Below are positions 25,083 to 35,769 of a DNA stretch of 35,769 nucleotides, piece by piece. The stretch's first letter is position 1. Every line of letters begins with the position of its first letter. Both the position numbers and the translations under genes were made by a program. The notes beneath the pieces were generated by a model. That model was not told the origin of the DNA and searched no databases. It worked only from the letters and a program-made list of their open reading frames with translations. Source of the stretch: Squatina squatina (lineage: Eukaryota); contig JARFOE010000013.1 of assembly GCA_031763465.1 (NCBI GenBank), positions 14,610,620 through 14,646,388 on the forward strand, read 5' to 3'.

Positions 25083-25226
25083 GTGAGGTGGATGCAAAGA
25101 AGCTGCAAGGGGATATAGACAGGCTAAGCAAGTGGACAAGAACCTGGCAGATGGAATATAATGTGGAAAAATGTGAAGTTATCCATTTTGGTAGAAAAAA
25201 CAAAAATGCAGATTATTTCTTAAATG
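25083..25226 (+). mobile_element. CR1 LINE RT fragment
   Basis: KLQGDIDRLSKWTRTWQMEYNVEKCEVIHFGRKN. Confidence 0.88.
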
Positions 25227-25910
25227 NNNNNNNNNNNNNNNNNNNNNNNNNNNNNNNNNNNNNNNNNNNNNNNNNNNNNNNNNNNNNNNNNNNNNNNNNN
25301 NNNNNNNNNNNNNNNNNNNNNNNNNNCAGTAATCCAGAAACTCCAATGCAAAAAGGACAGCAGAACTAAGAGAGGCTTTTTCTGGCTCATCTATACCAAC
25401 AAAATACTACAGTAGCAAGTGGAAGCCATTTCTGAAATTTGAACATTTGTAGCTAAATCCAGTGAATAATATAAAAATTCAAGTTATATTTTCAAGAATG
25501 TAAAGTGAAAATAATCAAAATTTGTCGTGAGCTCTGAATGCTGTTGCAAAAAAATCCTAATCTTCACCAGGTTTTTATTGATTAAACACAGAGGAAATGT
25601 TTGCTTTAGTACAGGTAGGCCAGAAAAAAATGAAAACTGTTTCCTCCAGAGGGGAAAATAAGCAAAACCAATCAGACAGTTCACAGCCTCAGAAAGTGGT
25701 AATAAAAATGGTAATAAACTGTGAAATACATCTTGCAGATACTGTCTCTGACATGTTTCTAAAGCGTGCCTGTCTACATCTTCTGCCAAAAATGTGCATT
25801 ATATTCCCCTCCCTCCAGACTATAAAAAATGGGAAATCTAATTTCTTGTTGGCTTTTGTCATGTTTATTACCATAGTCTGAGGTTTTTAGCTGTACCGAT
25901 AGTATAATCT

Positions 25911-26078
25911 GAAATTCCTCTCAACGAAAAATTGGAGAATGCCCATCTTACTCTGTAATTAATGGCCCTCTAATGAACTAGCACATTCAAACGCTGTGCA
26001 TATCCATCATTTTGTCAGCAGGTTAATTACAGAGAAAAAACACATTCTCCCATTATTTTGAGAGGAGAATTCAACCCC
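25911..26078. repeat. Imperfect palindrome / hairpin MITE-like element
   Basis: TCCTCTCAA..GGAGAATG..CTCTGTAATTAA pairs with TTAATTACAGAG..CATTCTCC..TTGAGAGGA. Confidence 0.75.
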
Positions 26079-26284
26079 AAGATGCCCTCACCACAATGTG
26101 GATTGCATGGCAATTCTTCTGCATGGGGAACTCTCAGGATTACGTCAAGGTGAAATTACTCTGAGCTGTGGTTAGAAATTTAGAACTTATTCCATTTGTT
26201 CAGCTTTTTTAACAAAAGATAGCAATTCACAAAGATTAAATTACATTCATTTGGCCAAATACTAGCTATTATAACACTATTTAT

Positions 26285-26374
26285 TAGAAACATAGAAAAT
26301 AGGAACAGGAGTAGGCCATTCAGCCCTTCGAGCCTGCTCCGTCATTCAATATGATCATGGCTGATCATCCAAAT
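26285..26374 (-). mobile_element. CR1-type (HER1-like) LINE 3' tail
   Basis: TAGAAACATAGAAAATAGGAACAGGAGTAGGCCATTCAGCCCTTCGAGCCTGCTCC; same family as 3650. Confidence 0.8.
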
Positions 26375-28781
26375 NNNNNNNNNNNNNNNNNNNNNNNNNN
26401 NNNNNNNNNNNNNNNNNNNNNNNNNNNNNNNNNNNNNNNNNNNNNNNNNNNNNNNNNNNNNNNNNNNNNNNNNNTTTTGTGACAGTGTAATTTAGCAGAC
26501 ATGTCTCAATTAAATCAGACTTTTAAAAATTAAATCTATATTTTAAATAAAGGAATTTAATCAGGTCATTGTAATAATGAAGAAATAGATGTGTGGGGAA
26601 TACAGCGAGTAAAATACTTTCTTTCATCCATGATTTGTGTCTCTACATAGGTTACAATGTTTTGCAATTTTCAATAAGATACAAGAATGATATGGAAAAG
26701 AAAGCTCACTTTCTCAAAGCCAAATCACATTCTGCTTATCAGTTGTATGTTTGTGACTATTAATCTGACCTCATGTTTTGCACTCCTAAACAAAATGAAT
26801 AGGAAAAAAATGATTGCATCGTGGAACAGTTTTCCTCCAATTGTTTTGATGTTCAGGATTAAAATTAGCAAAATCATCAGGCCACATCCCTTTCCAGAAC
26901 GACCCCCCAAAGACAATAATACACTGCAAAAATGCAACTGTTAGTGACTCACCTTGCAGAGTGCCAGGAAATTAGTTTTCAGCCAGTTTCTGTGGCTGAA
27001 CAGCTAATCATACAGGTATTTAGCTGTTCACTCCTGCAGACTTGCTTAGCATAGAAATGGGATGCCTGCCCAGAATAATGAGGTAATGTCTAGGTTTCAC
27101 GCCAATCTGTGGAACTGGTAAGACACGACTGGTAAACATTCTCCTGCAGATGGCAACAAAATTTGCTGCAACAGCAGCTTGAATAAGAACTCAATTATAT
27201 ATTTATTGACAACCTATTTGTATGGTTTCCTGTTTTCTGCATACAACATAATTTTAGTAATTTGCAATTAGTCATTTCACATCACAATTAAGTCACATCC
27301 ACTGAAACATATGATTGAAATATTATCGTGGCTGAAAGACAATAATATGACAACCATACCAAATAATGACATGAACTGAACAGCAATGGTCATCTTTTTT
27401 CCTTTAAAGCTACCTCTACTCTGCCCAACATGCCTTACAGACCCTCTCGGAAGGCATCCTTTACTAGGTAAGTACAAATTTATTTTCCTTTCCATATCAG
27501 GCATCCCCATAACTCTCTAAAGCTCGCTTTCTATCAAAGGCCATTGCCATAAGTGATCTGGATTAATCAATGTCACATTACTCATGTNNNNNNNNNNNNN
27601 NNNNNNNNNNNNNNNNNNNNNNNNNNNNNNNNNNNNNNNNNNNNNNNNNNNNNNNNNNNNNNNNNNNNNNNNNNNNNNNNNNNNNNNAATCAAGGGAATC
27701 ACCAAGGACATGTACATGCCATATCTAAGAGGCTAAACTTGGAGGGAAAGGCCCAAGGTTTCCTTGTGGGGCTCAGAAAAACACTACTGCTGCTCTCAGC
27801 TCATAAGGAAACCAAAAAAAACCTTGCAGTTCAGGACATCTTCTGGAACCTCGCCTGCTTGCCGCTAGGTTCCACTGGCAGGTCCGGCACTGTGGGTGAC
27901 TGCCACAATCAGCAGTTAAAATCACATTGGGTTCCTAATAGCATCATAGGAATCCAACATTTAAATAATAATGAGGTTGCCGCTTGCATGCAGTGGGGAG
28001 GAGCACGTCGGATCAGAGAGGAAAGTGTAAAACCATTTTAACCAGCTCGTTCTCATCAGGCGGCCAGGGTTAAAATCAACCCTTTAATTTTTATGCTTAA
28101 AATGAAGCAGGTAGCTGCATGCCCGAACATTCAGAATCCGCACGGTTACCAGCCCGAATCTGATCAATCTGCAGACTGCACAAATTAGAGTCAAAGTCAA
28201 TAATGTTATCATACATACTTCCTTTTCCCCAGAGCTAAATAATACAGAACTTCAAACTGTGATAACTATTGACTTGTTATATGAAAGAGGACTTTTTCTA
28301 GACTCTAAACCAATATCTGCATTGATTGGTATTTGATTAGAGGAGAAAATGTCCTTACTTTTCCAATTACCTAAGCCAGTATCTCAGTGTATGTCCTCAG
28401 AGACCACAGCTTCACTCAGGCACANNNNNTAGACAGTATTCATGATCCATGTGTCTCGCACAGCCAGGATGATGACAAACACTATTAGAATTCAAAGACT
28501 TTCAGTGTGCAAGTCAGTAATCCCACTCTGAAAATTACTATCATTGTTAAAGCTCTTAAAATAGCATCATCCATTTCATTAACATCTGCACCAGACTACT
28601 AAATATTTAATGAACTTGATAAATTTCACCTCCACTGAAGCTACCGCATATTAAAACAGAATCCAAGCAAACCTATTCAGCTGGCACTCTTATTTTTCAA
28701 AACCAATCAGACCCTGGCATTGAAGAGGAAATAAGCAATTGAGAAAATATTAACCTCTTTTGGTTTTCTTTAATACCACAC

Positions 28782-29150
28782 AAAGAAAAAAATTGCATTT
28801 ATATTCTGCCTTTCACAACCTCAGGACGTCCCAAAGCGCTTTGCTGCCAATGAAGAACTTTTGAAGTGTAATCACTGTTGTAATGTAGGAAGCAGCAGCC
28901 GATTGTCGAACCGCAAGATCCCACAAACAGCAATGTGATAGTGACTAGTTTTTAGCTATGTTGATTGAGGAATAAATATTGGCCAGAACACTGGGGAGGG
29001 GGCCCCTCATCCGAAAGATGGCACCTCTTACAGTACAGTACTCCTTCAACACTGCACTCGAGTATTAGCCTTGATTATGTGCTCAAGTCATTGGAGCGGG
29101 GCTTGAATCCACAGCCTTCTGACTCAGAGGCGAGAGTGCTACCACTGACC
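28782..29150 (-). mobile_element. Deu-domain tRNA SINE, near full length with internal deletion
   Basis: Tail TTGCATTTATA...CCCAAAGCGCTTT; head (minus) GTCAGTGGTAGCACTCTCGCCTCTGAGTCAGAAGG...GGATTCAAGCC. Confidence 0.85.
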
Positions 29151-29387
29151 TAGTTTCTGCTCCTTTTATTTATTTTTTAAAAATTCATACTGTCGAAGAA
29201 TTCTTACCCAGCACAACTGATAAAATCTGTTTATACATTTGCCATTTTGTGGTCACTTGGATGTCTCACATACACAGAAAAGTCACTNNNNNNNNNNNNN
29301 NNNNNNNNNNNNNNNNNNNNNNNNNNNNNNNNNNNNNNNNNNNNNNNNNNNNNNNNNNNNNNNNNNNNNNNNNNNNNNNNNNNNNNN

Positions 29388-29667
29388 CAGTCCATTTCTA
29401 ACTGCAGTGCAGTGCGCTTCATCTGCAATCTCCAGAAGCAGATGCATAAATAAATGTTGAAGTTCCAAACTGATAAATAGGTTTGCACAGTATTAGCCGC
29501 CAAGCCACAAGAATCTTGCCATTGTGAATTTGAAAGTCACGGCAGAGTAAAGAACTGTCCCCACAGGCGTCCTTTTAAGACGGAGTTATAATCACCAAGC
29601 TGTGTCATCTCCAGGATTCAGTCACATGCACATTCCATTCGCATCCTATGCTGCTTCAGGCAAACTC
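29388..29667 (-). other. LDLRAD4: Probable LDLRAD4 5' UTR exon (3' part lost in gap)
   Basis: Strong acceptor ctttttaatttttcag|GAG; lies between LDLRAD4 coding exons and the CEP192 3' end; resembles my recollection of the conserved human exon (CCTATTTATCAGTTTGGAACTTCAACATTTATTTATGCATCTGCTTCTGG). Confidence 0.65.
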
Positions 29668-31671
29668 CTGAAAAATTAAAAAGCAAAGATTATGTTTTTG
29701 ATGACCTATAGACTTATTAAAATTATTAGGTCTGACTAAGGGAAACCAGTTTCAAGGACAGCTAGTTTACATCAAAGACCTTCAAAAAAAAAGCAAATGC
29801 AGTCCAGCAATTCTCAGAACAGAATTGTTTAGCTGACTTTGAAGTACGAGGTAAATAGGGTTATATTCAATTTCAAAAATATCTCAATATAAGTAAATAT
29901 TCTGAAAAATACTATATTAATACAAACATTGTGTGAATATACATAGTATACTCATGTACATGCAATACACTGAACAAATCCTTATTACACAGGAATTTCA
30001 TATTATAGTTAAAAATGTTACTCTGGTAAGGGATTTAAAGAGCATATCAAAACATTTACAGTATGAAATAATTCAGTCCAATCATTGAGGTGTGAGCACA
30101 CTATTTATTCCATTTAAACATTAACAAATGGGTTAAGTCCTAATTGGCTCAGGAAGAGTTTCTGAAATTAGTCTTGTTTAAAATAGCGAAGAGAAGTTGA
30201 TTGAAATCTTCACACATATTCGGTAACATGAATATATTGGTACAAGTGATCAGATAAAAAATCTTCCACTTCAAAAGTTGCTCATAATTCTGGAAATTAT
30301 CTGCCTTGTGAAGTAACAGTAAGGATGAACATTAACTGTAGTATAAAAGCTGCTGATTGGAAACCCCACCAAAAGAGGCAAGCTTTCAAAGCTAAAAACT
30401 AAGTTTGGTGGCATTGTTCAATCTTGTCAACTATTCTCAATTATCACACTGGCAGCGGAAGACCATAAGCAGCACAACATGCAGATCAATACCCAGTAAA
30501 CTGGCAGCAGTCATGNNNNNNNNNNNNNNNNNNNNNNNNNNNNNNNNNNNNNNNNNNNNNNNNNNNNNNNNNNNNNNNNNNNNNNNNNNNNNNNNNNNNN
30601 NNNNNNNNNNNNNNNTCGTCAGACCTTCACATGTGCAGCAGGAGTCCATGGACCTCACGGACGACGATTCCTCAGAGGAGCTGATTCCTTCTGAGGGTGC
30701 ACTGTCACAGGACTCATGCTTACCATGCACCAGCACAGATACTTGCACTTCGGTGGGACCAGTTAGACAGTTAGTTGGGTTTACACCTGGTAACTCACAC
30801 TTCACAAGTGAGCAAGAGTAGATGGTGGTGGCAGCGACAGCTGTGGAGAGTCCAGATTGGATGGTGCAGTGAAGTGCAGCTGATCAATGAGAGGGACATG
30901 AAAGTGGGAACTCCATTCAAAGTGCTTTCAGTTCTCACCTGTTGCCCCCTCCCCGCCCCACCCCCAGTCAGTGCTCAACACTGCCTCGTGTCCCTATGGC
31001 TAAGTCTGCCCCTGCACAGGTGCAGGTGAAGCAGTCTTTGGTATAGCCCTCACAGGCTCCAAAACCCACAGATCGTCAGCCAAGAACATCTTAGCAGTCA
31101 GAATAGGGATCTGAGCAGCCTGCCTCTACCTCTGCTGAAAGCACAGGGGTTGCACCACATAGGAGTGGTAGGAAAAGGAAGGGTAAAGCTTTGTAGTTGC
31201 ATAAGGGTATGCACATGGGTGTCTAAGAAAATGTGTTGTTGTGAAGTTTCTGTTGTTTAGTTCAATCACATAAATGTTATTCTTTTACACNNNNNNNNNN
31301 NNNNNNNNNNNNNNNNNNNNNNNNNNNNNNNNNNNNNNNNNNNNNNNNNNNNNNNNNNNNNNNNNNNNNNNNNNNNNNNNNNNNNNNNNNTAGCTTTCAA
31401 TTAATAATGCACATGAACAAACAAAATTACCATAGCCGTGCATATCCTGTTTATTATACACCACATAGGAAGAAGCTCTATTCCTCTCAGTGAGGTACAG
31501 GAAGATGCTGAGGACTCTCAGCATAATCACAAGGGGCAGGAACAAACTTTAGGATCCAAATCTCTTGCATAACAGTGCAAACAATCGTGAGGTTTGAAGG
31601 TTAGCTTGCTCAATAATTCCATTCTCAAGGAATCACCTCTTTATTGCTTCAGATTTTTATTGACCACTCAC

Positions 31672-31730
31672 CGCAATGAATAATTGGAATGCTTGATATA
31701 AAATGGCTCCCTGGGATTTACAAACTTCAG
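31672..31730 (-). CDS. CEP192: CEP192 penultimate coding exon (59 nt)
   Basis: Branch-like TACTAAT, tttgcag|CTG...TTG CG|gtgagt; LKFVNPREPFYIKHSNYSLR versus recalled human LKFLSPREPFYVKHSKYSLR. Not in ORF track. Confidence 0.9.
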
Positions 31731-32271
31731 CTGCAAATCAACACCAGAAGCATTAGTACAGCTACAAGCAAATACAAACACATGCTCATCACAAAATACT
31801 TGCTTTGTTAAGTTACAGTTTAAATCCAATAGAGCTTTAAGTCAGTCAGCAACAGACTCAAACAAGATATTTGAAAGATTGTACATTAAAGTCACATGCA
31901 CCACTTCAAATTATCTGTATTAAATGACACGTTTTAATGATCTCATTTATTTTTCCTTCCTTGGTCACTCACCATGTGTAAAAAGTCCATAAATGTAAGT
32001 GGGGATTATATGGGGAAAAAAGAGACTAAGCCATACTTACTGTGCATTTCAACATAATCTTCAACTAGTTCCAGTACAGTTTTATGCACTGTGCAAAACT
32101 GTTAGATATGGTTAAAAAAATTGTAAAAATGCATACTACTTTTACAAACTGCATTATAAGAAGTAATAAACAAAGGGCTAGAAGCAAGTTTATTTACTGT
32201 TAAATCAGTTACAAGTGAACACCCATCCTACATTACCAGCACCTGATGTTCAAGAGAAAATGGGAACTGTG

Positions 32272-32430
32272 GTTAATGTCTGAAGTTGTTAAAGTCAATG
32301 TTAAGGCTGGAGAGCTGTAAAGTGCCTCATTAGCTGGTGTTCCTCGAGCTTAAGTTAAGCTTCATTTGAACAATGTAGGAAGCCAGAGGGAGTGGGACGG
32401 AGAATTAAAGTGGCAAGCAACTGTGGTAGA
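32272..32430 (-). mobile_element. Penelope-like element, GIY-YIG C-terminal remnant
   Basis: Minus strand VACHFNSPSHS...LHCSNEA*LKLEEH...LNIDFNNFR with frameshifts. Confidence 0.7.
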
Positions 32431-32439
32431 TAGGACCCT

Positions 32440-32790
32440 CGACTGTGTCCATTCCATTTCCCACACTTCTGACTAACAATTCTCCTTCTTCCGAGAAGCA
32501 CGATCGTGTCTCCCTTCCACCCCACCAGACTCCGCATCCCACTGATCATCCTCCGCCATTTCTACAACCTCTACAGTAATCCCATCAGCAATCACATCTT
32601 CCTCTCCTTTCAGCATTCTGACCGCTCACCCTGTGACACACTCAGGTCCACTCCAATCAACTGTGGCCCTTCCAGGGATCCTTCTCATGCAAGCGCAAGA
32701 GACACAATTTCCAGCTCTGACAAAAGCTCATCTACCTTCCCCTCCACAGACGCTACCATATGGCTAGTCGGCTGTATTATCCAAATGAAT
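32440..32790 (+). mobile_element. Penelope-like element, RT-to-endonuclease linker remnant
   Basis: FHPTRLRIPLIILRHFYNLYSNPISNHIF resembles Penelope-like FHPTSLRIQ.IILRHF..L..DP...HIF; decayed pLTR-like TCTGACAAAAG...CTCCACAGA follows. Confidence 0.65.
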
Positions 32791-33610
32791 CATACTGCAA
32801 TTCAAGCTGCTTTCAGGTGGAGGGGGAAAAAAAAAATGAAATTTGACTACATGCTCAGCACTAAGTATCTGTGACTGCAACAAAACATGCTTCACTTGAA
32901 GGGCTAAATACAGACAGTAATGCAGAAACAAATGTACACAATCTTTTCTCTGGTCATTCAAGCTTGTGTTAAAATAGTGCAACAGATGCCCTTTATCCCA
33001 CATATTAATTCCAGCCATTTCCCTCATTATAACTATATATTGGATTATAATTGCAGGAGAGACCAGATCCTGAGAAAACCGGTGAATGTATAAATAAACA
33101 GCCGACCGAAGTCAGAATTCGAATATACAAAAAAAGCTGAAACAGCCCCAAAAATTCCAATTCAAAAAGTGTACAACTAAACTAAATTCTCTGAATTGGG
33201 CCCTGACCAAGACCTCTGGTTCAAGGGGACTGATCAAGTTAAATTCCTTTTCAGTACATTAGATTTAAACTGGCCTACATGTGTCACTTTCCTGTATCTA
33301 CTGCCATTCGTTTCTGGCCTCCATGGAGACAAGATTCTAAAACCGTAGATGAGTCTTCCCTATCCTATAATGCACTTGAGGTTGATCAGTGACCCCTGCA
33401 AGTTAATAGTAGTTCCCTAAATGTGCAGCAGGTAGGTCTAGGAGTTTGATGCCAAAGCAGTCCCATGCATCAGCATGCTGAACACATCACTATTTTGGGC
33501 CACAATGTAAACACGCTGAAACACTGAACCGCTCAGTGCCACAGTACATGGGGAGATTCAGGCAAGAAGTGGATTTGAGATAATCGCTGGAACATAGGTC
33601 AGCTCGTAAG

Positions 33611-33778
33611 CCACGTTCCCCGTAAGCAGCGCTTTGTTCTGCGAGGGACCCGTTTCTTTTAACCCGCCGTCCCTTTAAATTTCCGTGCGTGTGCGGTATT
33701 TACCGTAGCGAAGTCGATGAGCGGCCTGCGCGGGGCCTTTCCCATTACTGCGCGGCTGCAAGCTTAGAGGGAACATTG
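33611..33778. mobile_element. Short MITE (hAT-like TIRs)
   Basis: CCACGTTCCCCGTAAGC versus the reverse complement of the right end CAATGTTCCCTCTAAGC (13/17); CpG-rich interior. Confidence 0.6.
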
Positions 33779-33802
33779 CTGATCAGTACTGTCAACAGAC
33801 TT

Positions 33803-34198
33803 AGAAAGAACTCGCTCATGCATATAGCAGCTTTCATGACATCAGGACATCCCAAAGCTCTTCACTGCCACTGAAGTATTTTTTGGAGTGTAGTCACTGT
33901 TGTAATGTGGGGAAGGACGGCAGCCAATTCGGGCACAGCAAGCTCCCACACACAGCACTGATACAGCATAAATGACCAGTAATCTATTTTAGTGGTGTTG
34001 GGTGCCAGTACTCCCCTGCTCTAGTTCTACGGGACCTGAGAGGGCTTATCCAAAGACAATGCCTCCGACAGTGCAGCACTCTCTCAGTACTGCACTGGGA
34101 GTGTCAGCCTAGATTTCTGTGCTCAAGTCTCTGGAGTAGGGTTCGAACCCACAACCTTCTGACTCAGAGGCAAGGGTCTTACCCACTGAGTCACAGCT
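33803..34198 (-). mobile_element. Deu-domain tRNA SINE with intact Pol III boxes
   Basis: A box TGACTCAGTGG (34193-34183), B box GGTTCGAACCC (34149-34139), GTGCAGTACTGAGAGAGTGCTGCAC hairpin, L2-like tail. Confidence 0.88.
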
Positions 34199-34332
34199 GG
34201 TGTCCCGAAAGCTGTTATCAACACCAAGAAAAATGCAGTTAAAAGTTTGAAGTGTTTTTTTAAAAAAATAGGTTTCATTTATTTAAATCTCATTAATACT
34301 AGCCCTTGGTGTGATATACAAACATGCTAAGT

Positions 34333-35009
34333 CAGTGTTTCTCACCCCTGGGGGTCCGCAGATACTTTCCAGGGGGGGTCCGCGACCACAGGTAATTTCA
34401 AGACTGCTCCCTCTTTATTAAACCAACAAAGATTCAGTTCTTGCTAACTATTCCCAACGCTGGGCCCACCTCCTCACACAGACTCTGCAACAAGCGTCCC
34501 CTGCCGCTCAAGCCGATTCCTCTCCCCGGCACCGCCACAGCCACCCTGCGCCACCCGCCCGGCACATGATCAGAGCGCCTGCAGGGCCCTTCAAGCACGT
34601 GTTCACGCCAACACGTGCAATCGCACAGTGCAGCTGTAACAGAACATGCCAGTGGGACAGTGTGGCGGTGAGTCATGCTTCCAGCAACATCCCAGCATGT
34701 TCATGGGTGCTCGTACCCTCACTCATCTTGACCAGCCTGCCGATGGCTTTAAAACCAGCACCAAGTGGCTAATAGTGACCATCCGTTGCTGGGGTTTTCC
34801 CCGAATTGGTGCGAGAAACAGGCACACCCATCTCACTGATATCTGTAATTAAATTCCTGTTTTCTTAAAAGCATTATTAAATCATTCTTGACATGCATCA
34901 CTTTCATGTTATGAGTATTATAGAGTATTATAATTTAAAAGGGGAGTGGGGGCGGCGTGATTACCAAACCATTTGAAAAGGGGTCCTTCGACCAAAAATG
35001 TTTGAGATC
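34333..35009 (+). mobile_element. hAT (Charlie-type) non-autonomous element
   Basis: Left TIR CAGTGTTTCTCA with subterminal GGGGTCCGC repeats; right GGGGTCC...TTTGAGATC truncated by gap. Confidence 0.7.
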
Positions 35010-35463
35010 NNNNNNNNNNNNNNNNNNNNNNNNNNNNNNNNNNNNNNNNNNNNNNNNNNNNNNNNNNNNNNNNNNNNNNNNNNNNNNNNNNNNNNNNNNN
35101 NNNNNNNNNAAGAATGGAGGCTGCCTAGGATAGCCACTAGAATGACCAAGCACTTATTGCTGCAAGAGACGTTCACAGCCATGAGTGGAGTGATCTGAAC
35201 AGCTTAAGCTCAAGATCGAGCTCAAAACAAGGCTTGGGAAAGAGATATCATCCATAGCTTAAAGAGAGAATCTGCATCTTATTCTCCTTCAAATACTGGA
35301 TGGATGGAATTCCTATTTGTACGCCTCAATCTATCACAAAGAATTTCGCTTTTAAATTTCTTTGAAAGTGCTTTCATTTTTCAAAATGAAAGCTGATCAG
35401 AAACAACAGGTCTATTAAATTAGATACAAGTTATTGTTGGTTTTTTACTACACATTATTTTAC

Positions 35464-35724
35464 CTCTCGAGTCCGTTCCTTGAGTACAAATTGGGCTGGA
35501 GAAACATTTATAGCATTGGTGCTCAAAAAGGTTTTTATCTGTGAATCCGTGAAACAAGCTGCCTTGACATAAGCAGCCCGAGAGCCTGTATTCCTCATAC
35601 TGAAAGTGATCTGGCTCATTTTGTCTGACGTGATCTCGTTCAAATTCACCACATAGCTGCCTGATAGTTTTTTAACATCTTCCAATATAATGTTGCTCGT
35701 TCCTCCATAACCTGAAAGTGGAAT
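35464..35724 (-). CDS. CEP192: CEP192 exon, SPD-2/ASH-domain region (261 nt)
   Basis: ttttccag|ATT...GAG|gtaaaa; IPLSGYGGTSNIILEDVKKLSGSY...FSMRNTGSRAAYVKA...FVLKERTRE. Confidence 0.94.
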
Positions 35725-35769
35725 CTGGAAAAAAAAACACCTTAGAAATGAACATTTTAAAACTTCAAC

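Noticed and set aside
34130-34198. tRNA gene
   Set aside because: tRNA-like head continues into SINE body and recurs at about 29090-29150.

Overview
Vertebrate genomic DNA, most likely from a cartilaginous fish (judged from Deu-domain SINEs, shark-type CR1/L2 LINE tails and Penelope-like remnants). It is not one continuous locus: short contigs are joined mostly by uniform 100-N spacers, as in reference-guided scaffolding. I read GT-AG-bounded exons of TUBB6 (+), AFG3L2 (-), PRELID3A (+), SPIRE1 (-), CEP76 (-), a TRNAU1AP/SECp43-like gene (-), LDLRAD4 (-) and CEP192 (-). This is the block syntenic to human 18p11.21, with CEP192-LDLRAD4 inverted relative to human. Most ORF-track entries are gap-spanning or repeat artefacts. 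I found no evidence of a new multi-gene system. The best leads are: a TRNAU1AP paralog in the inversion-breakpoint interval; a candidate alternative LDLRAD4 first coding exon without the LDLa domain; a uORF-dense LDLRAD4 5' UTR exon; unusual substitutions in LDLRAD4 and the TUBB6 M-loop; two SINE/LINE shared-tail pairs; an inverted Penelope remnant; and a tiny TSD-flanked double-tail insertion. All homology calls are from manual translation and recalled sequences, not database searches.
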